DNA of 64,000 nucleotides from the human T2T-CHM13v2.0 reference genome, Homo sapiens: NCBI GenBank assembly GCA_009914755.4, contig CP086569.2, positions 16,960,001 to 17,024,000 of the forward strand, read 5' to 3'. Shown piece by piece: positions 50,771 to 64,000 of this stretch (position 1 is its first letter; each line of letters starts with the position of its first letter). The notes under the pieces were generated by a model. It saw only the letters and a program-made list of their open reading frames with translations, ran no database searches and was not told where the DNA came from. The position numbers and the translations under genes were made by a program.

Positions 50771-51299
50771 TCTCTGCTTCTCCTCTGTATTCCCCTGGTG
50801 CTGACCTCAAAGGCCCTGGATTCCCAAACTATCTTATACCAGTGGTGTCTCAACCCTTAGGAGCTGCATGAATTTCAGCTCCCTTTATTCCTAACCACAT
50901 TACCCCTATGCCTACTGGACTGCATCTCAAAATCACCATACATAGATTTTCAGAAATCTGCAGCCCTTCAAACAAGCTCCTTTGTCTTATTTCTTCTCCT
51001 GCCAATGAAAAACCACTAGACTTATTGTTGCTCCTGCTATCTGCCTAATTTTGTGCACCCAATGATTTGGTAAATCTGCCAAGCCTCTGTCATTAACTTG
51101 TGTCCCATTTTCCCATTTTCTCCTTATCATCAACCATACATGTTGTTAAAAGCTTCATCATGACTTGACTATAGTAAAAATTGTAGTCAACTAATATATC
51201 TCTTTATGTCAGTGGCACAGCTTGTTAATCTAAACCTGATAGTGCCTGCCAAGTACACAAGCTCATACCTTAGCTAAATATGGCCAACTTTCAATAAGT

Positions 51300-51750
51300 G
51301 GCAATGATATGGACAGGAGGCAGGGAAATACTGTGTAGAAGTAGGCAGTTCCCCGCCAAAGGCCCACCCACGAATGGGCCCACAGCCCTAAATGAGACCT
51401 TTAGATCCTGTTTTCCTGCCTGAATGTTCCTTTTTCCAAAACCACACTGGCCCACCATGCCTCCCATTCTGTACCCATAAAAACCTCAAGCTGCACTGGC
51501 AGAGCAGCAGAGTGATGTGGCAGAGAAGGAGGAAAGAGAAGAAACAGCTGAATGTTAAGAGGTGTTCAGCTCGGGATGGTCAGAAAGGAGTTCTGCCTGA
51601 GATGGCTGAACTCCAGGTGAAGATTCTTTTCCCACTCCATCCCCTTTCCAGCTCCCCATCCCACTGACAGCCACCTCCATCACTCAATAAAACTTCTGAA
51701 TTCATCATGTTTCAAGGCCATGTGACGTGATTCTTCCTGGATTCTGGAAA
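51300..51750 (+). other. LTR-like segment (possible ancient solo LTR or ERV U3-R): TATA-like cataaaaacc followed ~190 bp later by cactcaataaaacttctgaattc
   Basis: A promoter-like ataaaa box plus a downstream AATAAA with a GT-rich follow-on. No family recognised; speculative. Confidence 0.25.
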
Positions 51751-53418
51751 AGGACCCAGGTACCAAGAGGGTAAGATTTAAAAGGCTGTCATCCTGACTC
51801 TCCACTGCACTGGTTTAACATTTAACCATCTGTGGGCAGCAACTGCTAAAAGAGCATTAATTGTAACATACCCATGGACACTGCTGTGGGGCCACAGCTC
51901 AAAAACACTGCCCCAGCCCAGACACTGGCTTTCCTGCATGCTCTGTTACAAGGGGTTTGAGCACTGCAGCAAAGTAAGCGATTCACACTCTTGTCACAAG
52001 TCCCGTGAAGGAGTCCATGGAACTCTCCCATTTCAGCAATATTTGTTAGCAAGACATCATGTATTTGCTCATGTACTTCTTTATAAACTAAGCTTTGTGT
52101 ATGACAGCTGGTCCAACATACGGAACAATGACAGTTGGACAGAATTAGTGAGCACCAGATACAGTTTGGTGTTTTCGTCTGTGATGACCATTATCTTAGT
52201 AATAGTTGGGGACAAAATCAAATATTTTGAAACATATTCTATGTAGGGGTTTTTAAAATAATTTTAAATAATACTAATGTGTAAGAACAGTGACCAAACA
52301 TATTTATTTAGAAGCACCAAACTACTTTGTGTCTCTTGTTCATTATCTAATTCTGTGGAAGGAATCTGTTATCAGTCATGGTTAAACACCTCCCTGAGTA
52401 GGGTACTTCAATGTATTTATATTAATAAAACAACCTGCAGCTACTACCTCTCATTGGGTGTCATAGACATTTATGTAAAAAAGGTGATTTAAGGTAGTTT
52501 GCAAATACATTGTTTGCTGACTGAATGTATTCTTCATTTACCTCTATAAGCAAAACATGTAAAATCCATGTGGTTAACATCCTAAGAAATAGAGCTCTTA
52601 CCCAAACTTCATGGATACTGTGAAGGTTAAAGATAACTTCTCTAATGTTTAGCACAGTGACTTGTACACAGTACGTTCTTAATAAGTTACAATACCTTTA
52701 TACAAATTTTATTCAGAGTTAGATCCTGGCTGTATTTTTCTTCATGGATTCTATTCTCCAAGAAGGAGTATTTCATCTCAGGTGTAACTCAGAATGATGT
52801 GCTTTGAGTATTATATGTGAATACTTTAAGAAATTCATATGATATTATTTAATTATTCATCTAAAATCTATCCTCATAATCTTGAAGGTAAAGACTTAAT
52901 TGTTAAAAAGAAAAATATCAGAAGAATAATTTCAGTTGCATGCCACAGACATGAAATTTCAAGAATCTTCAGGTTACATTTTGAGTTGAGTTGAATATTT
53001 TATGCTGTGGTTATTCTTAAGGTCATTTTAATCACAGTAAAGTTTGACTTGGTAATGTTTCACAGTAAAACCATTGATATTACAAATGGGAAAATGTTTC
53101 TATGAAGGCCAATAACAAAACACAATGTCTGCTTAAAGCAAGGGTGGCCAGTGGGAGAGTTACTAAATGTGGTAGTAAAATGATTGAAGTATAGAATAAT
53201 TCATTTAACCTTGATAGTTCAAAAGATAAGAGGTAGGGAACATTTTAATTTTATGCTATTATGTGTGTGGTAACAGATGAGCTTCAAAATTTAACTTGAA
53301 ATGTACTTTCTTATTCATACTTACCTGAGCTAAGGAAATGGGAAGTGAAGATGACTCACATTCCAAAAACGCTGTAAATTTCCCTTTAAGGCTGGAACAT
53401 CTAAGTATTTGAAAGTCT

Positions 53419-53627
53419 ACACAGGAAGGGGAACATCACACTCTGGGGACTGTGGTGGGGTGGGGGGAGGGGGGAGGGATAGCTTTAAGAGTTATACCTA
53501 ATGCTAAATGACGAGTTAATGGGTGCAGCACACCAGCATGGCATACGTATACATATGTAACTAACCTGCACATTGTGCACATGTACCCTAAAACTTAAAG
53601 TATAATAATAATAATAATAATAATAAT
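53419..53627 (+). mobile_element. L1 extreme 3'-end fragment (~210 bp, plus orientation) with a (TAA)n tail
   Basis: acacaggaaggggaacatcacactctggggactgtggtggggtggggggaggggggagggatagc...tacctaatgctaaatgacgagttaatgggtgcagcacaccagcatggcatacgtatacatatgtaactaacctgcacattgtgcacatgtaccctaaaacttaaagtataataataataataa. Confidence 0.9.
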
Positions 53628-54549
53628 GAAGTCTAAAGCCTATAAAGAAAGCTAGAGGAGCAAACTCATATTTACTTTGCTATCCTTTCTGAAATCCATA
53701 ACAATAAAAATCATAAAAGAAAAAATATAACTCCATCTAAAATGGAATTCAGAATTGGCCAAGAGCCCAAAGCCCAGGTTGTGAAGTAAATCTGTATGGT
53801 AGCAAGATTTGGACAAAATCAGAGTACGAAGAACGCAATTCTCTCATTATTTTCTGGGGCTGAAAATATATTCCTAATTAAATAAGTCAAAAAAAACCTC
53901 CCCATAGGATTTTACCTCAAAAGATGAGGATTCTGGGTAAAAAAGCCTATGGGAGAAGAGAAAACTGCATAAATAACCTAATTTAGCCATTACATTCTCA
54001 TTCTTTTCCTTCCTTACTTTCCCCTACATCTTTCAATTCCTTTTATTTTTTAAGCAATTATTTACTATGTGTAAGGCTCTGAGTTAACCAACTCTAGGAT
54101 ATCAGATAGATTGATCTTCAACAGAATATGTCAAAGTTTATGCTAGATGTTCCTAAGCTTCAGTATCACATGAAGGGGTCCAGTTTTTCACCCAGTTACC
54201 ACAAATCAAAGCAAACTCGTCATACTCCATGGTCAGTTTTTCAGCCATTCCTGTTAGGTCTACCACCAAAATACTTCCTCTCTCACTTCTCTATGGCTAC
54301 CTCTGTTCTCGACACAGCCAAAGCACTACTGTGTTTCATTTGAATATGAAAAAGAACTCCTAAGCAGTTTGCTTGCACTCAGGAAAGCACCCCCACATCT
54401 TTTATTTTCACCCCTCCAATGACTATAGTCACACCCAGATGAAACTCTGATTCCTTAGCCAGACCTGCAAAAACCCAGCTTACTCAGGACCTCCATATCT
54501 CTCTGTCCTCTTCTTGTATGCCAATCTTCAAATGCTTCAATCTACATTT

Positions 54550-54899
54550 GTAGTATTCCATTTTCACACTGCTAATAAAGACATAACCAAGACTAGGTAA
54601 TGTATAGAGACAAAGAGGTTTAGCGGACTCACAGTTCTGCATGGCTGAGGAGGGCTCACAATCATGGTGGAAGGCAAAGGAGGAGCAAACAGATGTCTTA
54701 CATAGCACCAGGTAAGAGACAGTGTGCAGGTGAGCTGCCCTTTATAAAACTATCAGATCTAATGAGATTTATTCACTATCACAGAAAGAGCATGGGAAAG
54801 AGCCACCCCCATGATTCAATTACTTCCCACAACATGTGAGGGTTATGGGAACTACAATTCAAGATAAAATTTGGATGGGGACACAGCAAAACTGTATCA
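54550..54899 (-). mobile_element. MaLR LTR (THE1/MST-like), solo
   Basis: ttttcacactgctaataaagacataaccaagactaggtaatgtatagagacaaagaggtttagcggactcacagttctgcatggctgagg...ccatgattcaattacttcccacaacatgtgagggttatgggaactacaattcaaga...aaactgtatca. Confidence 0.8.
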
Positions 54900-56312
54900 G
54901 CCCTGTCAACCAATTCTGCTTACCAGCTGTGGGCAGCTGTGTCTCTAGTTTCTCATCTAGTTGCTAAGTTGCCCCATAGATATTTGACCCTGGGACTCAG
55001 GTGAGAGGTCAATGTTGAAGTCATCAAAAGGAGAGTCACTGGTGTATTATAAATTTGAATGCGACACTGACAGATCACCAGAGGTAAGGAAGAAAGGCAA
55101 AGAAAAAGAAGTCCTTCAAGAAGGAGGAAATAATCTATATCTGATGATGCTAATCAAAATGATAATAGTAAATTATGATAGTATTCAGTAGAACACTATG
55201 CACATGATTCATCTGTACAACAAAATTGAATGAATGCATTATCTTTATTTCACCCATGAGAAATTATTAATAACTACAGATACAGAGTAGTTAAGGCAAA
55301 ATGACACAGATGGTAAATGGCTGAGTTGTACTTTAATCCAAAACAGTTTCAATGGTATAGCCCTTTCCTGCTCTGCCATAATGTCTCTCAAATGTTGCTC
55401 CTGCAGGCTGAATTGCTTCTTCGTGGGGCCATAGGAGAGCAGGGTCGGCAGGTCCAGGTGGAGCCATTTGCATCACAAATGAAAAACCTGGAGAGATATC
55501 TCTCAAAAGACCAATCTACACTAGTGTTATTTGAAGCAGTAATTGAGGAAGTTGCATATCTTACAACCTCCAGAACAATGGTCTGCACCTCAGCAGGATT
55601 CAAGCTCCTGTCATCTTCCCAGCCTGATGGCTTCCCAATAGCTTTACAAAAGTGACTGAGTCTTAGTCAAGGCCTACTGTCATTTAAACAAAAGCCTAAA
55701 TGTCTTCCAAAGTCAGCTGCACTCACAAATGCAGGAATATTTAAGGGAAAAGCAAGATAGTGGGGTGAGTTAGCTTGGATCTCTTTCATTGTCATAATTT
55801 TCTCACTGATTAAATTTTTGTAAAAGTGGTTTCACGAACTGGCATGGGCTTTGGGCAGAGGGACATAACTGAAGAATAGAACAAGGGGGTGGAATGGATT
55901 TTAAAAATTAATTACGAAGCTGAACCAGGAAAGAAAAATTGAGTAAACAGGAAAATGAGGTAATTCAGGGATAAGTCATAATGAAAAGTTGAGATTATTG
56001 AATTGGAAGCCCTGATAGCATCAGCAGTGTTAGCTGGATGGGTTCTTATCCATCCAGTGATATTCAGAAATGCAGATGCATGAACTGGTAATTAAAAACA
56101 ACAACAACAATATTTTGTCTGTATTATTAATTCCTAATGCCCATGTTAAAGTAATAAGAGTAAGAAGTTCTCGTGTGTAAGAAAAAACATCTTAGAAGTT
56201 TGGAAGTTCAAAGAATTGAGAAGTCAGATTAGTAGGTGATTACGTATGTGGAGATTACAATCATTACAAAAGACTGCAAGGAAAAAAGGCCAAAAGAAAC
56301 AGAGTAAGCTTG

Positions 56313-56600
56313 TTTAGGATACTGTAACAAAAGACCATGGACTAGGTAACTTACAAATGACAGATATTTATTTCTCTCAGTCTGGAAACTAGAAGTCCAA
56401 GATCAGACTTGGTAGATTCAATGTCTGTGAGATCCCAATTCCTTGTTCACAAACAGCACCTTCTCACTGTGTCTTCATATTGTGGAAGTGGGCAATGGAG
56501 TTCTCTGGGGTTTCTTTTATAAGGGCACTAATCTGATTCATGAGACTTTACCTTCATGACCTCCCAAAGGCCCCACCACTACTATATTCTTACAGGTGAG
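56313..56600 (+). mobile_element. MaLR LTR (MLT1-like) fragment
   Basis: tactgtaacaaaagaccatggactaggtaacttacaaatgacagatatttatttctctcagtctggaaactagaagtccaagatcagacttggtagattcaatgtctgtgag ~ MLT1 5' consensus (tgtaacaaattaccacaaact.agtggcttaaaacaacacaaatttattatcttacagttctggaggtcagaagtccaaaatg...). Confidence 0.65.
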
Positions 56601-56679
56601 TATTTAAAATTATAAGTTTTGTGGTGACAGCAACATGCTAAAAATCTTCAGTGAATGAGAAAAGGCCAAATGATTGCAA

Positions 56680-56888
56680 TTTTTTTTTTTTAAGATGGAG
56701 TCTTGCTCTGTTGCCCAGTCTGGGGCATAGTGGCTCAAACTTGGCTCAGTGAAACCTCTGCCTCCCAGGTTCAAGTGATTCTTCTACCTCAGCCTCCCTG
56801 ATAGCTGGGACTACCGGTGCCTGCCACAATGCATGGCTAATTTTTGTATTTTGAGAAGAGGTGGGGTTTCACCATCTTGACCAGGCAG
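56680..56888 (-). mobile_element. Alu (truncated, minus orientation) with poly-T
   Basis: tttttttttttttaagatggagtcttgctctgttgcccagtctggggcatagtggctcaaacttggctcagtgaaacctctgcctcccaggttcaagtgattc...ggtggggtttcaccatcttgaccaggc. Confidence 0.85.
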
Positions 56889-57318
56889 GTATGAAACTAA
56901 CTGCAAATTTTATAGTAACTTTCATAAAGAGGTAGTGTGTCTATAGACTGACAGTATATGCTTTAAATTAGCTAATTGTTATAACACACAAGGAAAGAAA
57001 GAATGTGTAGAATTGGCATTGAAAAAAAAAATCCAGCACTGTGGGACATAAGTGGTAAAAGAAAAAAAAAAGAGCTACCAATTAATATGATTTCATTCCA
57101 ATATTCTCAAGGGATATCCATGTGCTGGTTATGATAAATTCTGTATAGGCCAGTATTAAGTATTAGTAAAATGCAGGTGTTAACTGTGGACTCTGGAAAG
57201 CTTCAAATAGAGACTAATGACATGAGTGCCACAGGATTATCTCTTAGGAAGTTATATACATATTTAATTAAAATGAGTTTTTTTAGCGACTCACCACATT
57301 CCTTAAAGTTGAAATTTT

Positions 57319-57612
57319 GGCCGGGCATGGTGGCTCACACCTATAATCCCAGCACTTTGGGAAGCTGAAGTAGATGGATCACAAGGTCAGGAGACCAAGA
57401 CCATCCTGGCTAACATGGTGAAACCCCATCTCTACTAAAAAAGTACAAAAAATTAGCCAGGTGTGGTGACAGGCACCTGTAGTCCCAGCTACTGAGGAGG
57501 CTGAGGTAAGAGAATGACGTGAATCCAGGAAGCAGAGCTTGTAGTAAGCCGAGATCACACCACTGCATTCCAGCCTGGGCAACAGAGTGAGACTCCATCT
57601 CAAAAAAAAAAA
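57319..57612 (+). mobile_element. Alu (full length, AluS/Y-like, plus orientation)
   Basis: ggccgggcatggtggctcacacctataatcccagcactttgggaagctgaagtagatggatcacaaggtcaggagaccaagaccatcctggctaacatggtgaaaccccatctctactaaaaa...gcattccagcctgggcaacagagtgagactccatctcaaaaaaaaaaa. Confidence 0.95.
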
Positions 57613-59399
57613 GTAAATTTTCAAGACTGACCATTTTTCAGTCTGCTAGCTAATGAGTATTCCTACAAATCTACAGCATGACCAAGTGTTCCTGACTCTG
57701 TATTTGCCTTCCCTTTCCCTTATAAACCTGATTTTGCTTTTGACCACTGACAACTCATCTAACATCTCTTTCATTTATAAGTGACCCAATTATTACTAGC
57801 CAGATAGCTAAACATCTCTGAGTTATTCTTTGACAGCCTATATTTTGAGATTTTAAAATATCAATTACCGCACAAAAGTTTCTATCATGGTTATCAACAG
57901 AACATGTAACCTTCTTTCGTTCCTCACCCAAACCTCCACCCCTTGAGTTTCCTTGTCACCTTCTTACCATCATCTGTAAATTTCAATTAAGGTGAGCAAG
58001 TGTGTTGGCTTCTAAGTCATGAAGCTTATTGTTGTCCAAGTGTATTCTTAGATGTGATTCTGGTTTGCACATAGCTGATTATCTGTCTACACTGGTGGCA
58101 GTAGTAGAGAAAGACTTTTAAATTAGTTTGTTTTGTGTATTTCATCAGTAGTTTTATGTGGATATTTAAGGTAGTAAAGAATACAGAATTCAGTTTGCAT
58201 TTGCATTTCTGTGTGTTTACCTTGAGAATTCTGATATCTCTTGGCATTAGAGAATATGTGGCTGACAAGTTGTTACTGTTTTGTGTTTCAGGCCAAATAA
58301 TCCTTTGTTTGTGAGTTCATGTATGTGAGTGTACTCAGGCTGTTAGAGTAGGCAGTTAGGAAGACATGAGCAGCCTGGAGAGGCCCCGCTCCCCTGCTGG
58401 GAATGTCAGGTGACCATTAGGTGATGGTAAGGTGGTTGTTAAACTATCTCTGTAAAATAATAATTGGTCACAGCCAGCACCAAGGAAAGGCAGTCTCCCA
58501 ATAGAGAGAAAACACCTGAAGCTGGTTATCAGCAGCTTCCCAATAAGGTCTTGTGAACTAGGCAAGAGGGCTCAAGCATGTGCACTAAAAAGCAAAATGG
58601 TGGAGGAGTTTAACGTGTATATGATCTTCCTGAAGGAACATTTGACTGGTTAGGGAAAAATGCCTCAACTGAGCATGCACACAACTTCAGTAGACACACT
58701 GTGCACGCGGACCCTCCCAAGTGCTGGCAGGGCACTGCACATGGTGACAGCCTACCCCAAGGGAAAAATCAAGGGAGGAAAAACACAAACCGTGAAGCCA
58801 TGCCAAGGTATACAACCCCAAGTCCAGGGCTGAACCAGGCATTTAGATTTCTCAAGTCACCCACTTAGACTTCTTCCAAGTGTACTTTGCTTTCTTTGCC
58901 TCCTGCTCTAAATATTTTCAATAAACGCTCAGTCCTACTGTTAAATTTACCTTGGACTCTCCCTCTGCCTTATGCACCTAAGGCAAATTCTTTTCTCTGA
59001 GGAGGCAAGGAGTGAGTTTGCTGCAGACCATTATGGATTTGCCACTGGTAAAAATGCAGCCACTTCATCTAACCCTACACATTTCAGAGCCTGTTGCTTC
59101 TCCCAAGCTTTAGGGTCTATGTTTACTCACTGTCGGCTTCATAATTATCAGGATCTATAAAAAGCAATTTTTATATCAAGGATGGTCTTCATGTAGCGTC
59201 AACCCAGGGGAAGCTATTCATTTTAAGAAAACATTATTCCTATAAATGGCCTCATAACAGAAAGGAAGCCAATCTAACATTCTATGAATACGCTTAGACA
59301 AGCACATAGACAGTCTTCAACTTAAGATGGCTAGGCTGAAGACTTTTTTTGCCTTTACAATTGTGCAAAATGGATATGCACTCAGTAGAAACTGTAAGA

Positions 59400-59905
59400 G
59401 TTAAAGAAAGAGGAAAGAAATACAAAATATGGCTCAACAGTTAAAAATAGATTTATTTTAGAGAAAATAAACCTGAGAGGGGCTTCTGGCCAATTTTGGT
59501 CAGGAGCACTTTCTCTTGTAGACTAAGAGTATGTATTGGTTTTAGGGTAAGGGGGATTATTCCAAGCACAGAATGTTTCTGTGTTAGGGAGGAGCTTTAT
59601 GGCAGGAATGGAATGTCTTTGGGCAGAGGTGAGGTTATCTTGGGACTGGTATCTTCCCAGCCAGTATGGGTTTATCTTGGGGCTAGCATGTTTCTGGCCG
59701 GGGGGAGGGAGTTTGGAATGTTTTTATGGCTAGAGATGTTATTAGTGATTTATGGACATGCTAACCTTAGCCATTAGGCTGATGCCCTTTGGATTCAGGC
59801 AGTTTTTGTTTAAGGTGAATTTTAGAATGAGGGGCTATAGAAAGAATGAGGAACTTTAGAAAGATGGTGATGCTCCTGCTCTGTCAGAAACTATACTTCA
59901 AGTAC
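59400..59905 (-). mobile_element. Solo LTR of the same ERV family as copies A and B (U3 + R/U5 with an AATAAA at ~59485 on the minus strand)
   Basis: 59560-59890 matches the LTR block (…ggagtttggaatgtttttatggctagagatgttattagtgatttatggacatgctaaccttagccattaggctgatgccc…gatgctcctgctctgtc). The rc of 59400-59560 matches copy B U5 at 16905-17070 (…cagaagcccctctcaggtttattttctctaaaataaa…ttgtatttctttcctctttctttaac). The flanks are unrelated to the copy B leader. Confidence 0.6.
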
Positions 59906-61236
59906 CTATACAACCATTCTGTTTTATACTTTCAGTACAGTATTCAATAAAAATACATGAATTTGACAACATTGTGTCATAAAATAGGCTTTGAGTTGGG
60001 ATGATGTTACCCAACTGTAGGCTGATATAAGTGTTCTGAGAATGTTTAAGGTAGGTTGGGCTAAGCTATCATGTTTGGGAGGTTAAGTGTATTAAAGCAT
60101 TTTCAACTTATACACATTTTTATTACAATGGATGTATCATGACATAAGCCCATTGTAAGGTGAGGAACATCTTCCTAGGGAATAATAGAATCAATTAAGT
60201 TATTAATAATGAAGATCATGGCAGGCCTCTTGAAATAAGGTCAATGAAATGAATGAAGAGAAACTTACCTTTAGAAATTACATGCATAATTCTTTTAAAT
60301 AGAGGTTCTGGTAGTCAATAAAACAAGTACTTAATAATTCCTCAAATCTCAAGCCAATTCAACCCCTTACAAAAACTAATGAAAACAAATGCAATTATTA
60401 TAATAGTCCTGGATGTAGAATGGCATGCCATCTTCATAACATAATCATAAAGCACTTTTATTCTTAGTGCACCTATTCCTTCCAGCATATAATGGGCCTC
60501 AAGTATATGGATTTGTTCCTTAATCAATTACCATTTAAAGTAGGCAGCAATGCATCTAAATCCCACATCTCCTGCTGCTTCATCAAAACGCATTCCCCTA
60601 GTTTCCTTTGGAATTAGGCAAAACGTTTCTATGTTATTACTTTGAAATATTTTTCAGAATAAGAATGCTATTCTTTGAATAATCTTAATGATAATGAATT
60701 AGACTATAGGTTTTCTTAAAATTTAACTGAGCAAATATTATGGTTGGCTTATAGAAACCAATAATGACTCATAAACATTTCAACCAAAAAAACTCAAATT
60801 TCTGAAAAAGAAATTGTATTCCATATGCTGTAATTGTTTTGCTTCCTTATGATATATAAATGTAGTTATATCTCTATATATAAATAGTCACATATATAGT
60901 AACTATATTATTTTTATAAACAAAATTATGGCGTTTTACATATATATGTGGAGTTATAGTCAAATACATGTAGTTATATATCATTTTTTGTTTGCTTTCT
61001 GATCTAACCCACATGTTAAGAGGAAAAAATGGTTCAAATTTTACTTTAATTAATGGTCTTCATTAGTAGTTTGCAAGAAAGGTATGCAAATTGTACTTCA
61101 ATATTTTACCCTTTTAATTTGTTTAAATATTTGGTTAGTATCCCTAAGGAAAAAAATAAAGTTTAAATAATATTGGCAACTAAGTTACTCTTTGGACAAA
61201 GTAGATACATGAAATAATTTTGTTTTATAAATTGTT

Positions 61237-64000
<2,764 letters not shown>

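Noticed and set aside
51300-51750. Confident call of a specific LTR family for the TATA/AATAAA-containing segment
   Set aside because: Only generic promoter and poly-A spacing was seen, with no family-diagnostic motifs recognised. It is kept as a low-confidence 'LTR-like' feature only.

Overview
This window is human (catarrhine primate) genomic DNA. It is AT-rich, has no CpG island and no convincing host exon, and is dominated by interspersed repeats, so it looks like a gene desert or a large intron. The most notable content is a ~9.85 kb HERV9 (ERV9)-type provirus on the + strand at 17573-27423. It is flanked by LTR12-like LTRs of unequal length (676 vs 804 bp) and by a 4-bp target-site duplication AGAG. 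It has a PBS-Arg-like primer site, a polypurine tract and recognisable but inactivated gag-pro-pol-env. These include a protease DTG motif, an RT whose YxDD motif reads YVDV, a gag CCHC zinc knuckle, and an env SU/TM with the immunosuppressive and CX6CC motifs. The provirus sits inside the leader of an older, degraded class-I ERV with a tRNA-Phe-like PBS (called ERV-B here, + strand). A paralogous copy of that older ERV (ERV-A, - strand, ~5.65-11.17 kb) lies about 5.5 kb away in inverted orientation. ERV-A carries the uninterrupted 'empty' HERV9 integration site, which confirms the HERV9 boundaries and the TSD from within the window. The same LTR family recurs as a solo LTR at ~59.4-59.9 kb. 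The rest of the window contains:
- 15 Alu elements or fragments, including several closely spaced inverted pairs and an Alu-into-Alu nest with a 28-T homopolymer;
- six L1 pieces: a young L1PA 3' portion at 61.2-64 kb with a 423-aa ORF2 C-terminal ORF, an unusual 3'-truncated L1 retaining the 5'UTR, ORF1 and the first ~70 codons of ORF2 at 45.6-47.5 kb, an ancient L1M fragment, and short 3' ends;
- seven MaLR-type LTRs (THE1/MST/MLT1-like);
- microsatellites, including a (GGTA)6(GATA)12 array at an Alu tail.
No prokaryotic-type system (CRISPR, operon) and no novel coding gene is supported. The putative new biology is structural: a nested and duplicated ERV architecture, LTR12 promoter-bearing LTRs, and hairpin-prone inverted repeats. 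Family names are assigned from memory of consensus sequences, not from a database search.
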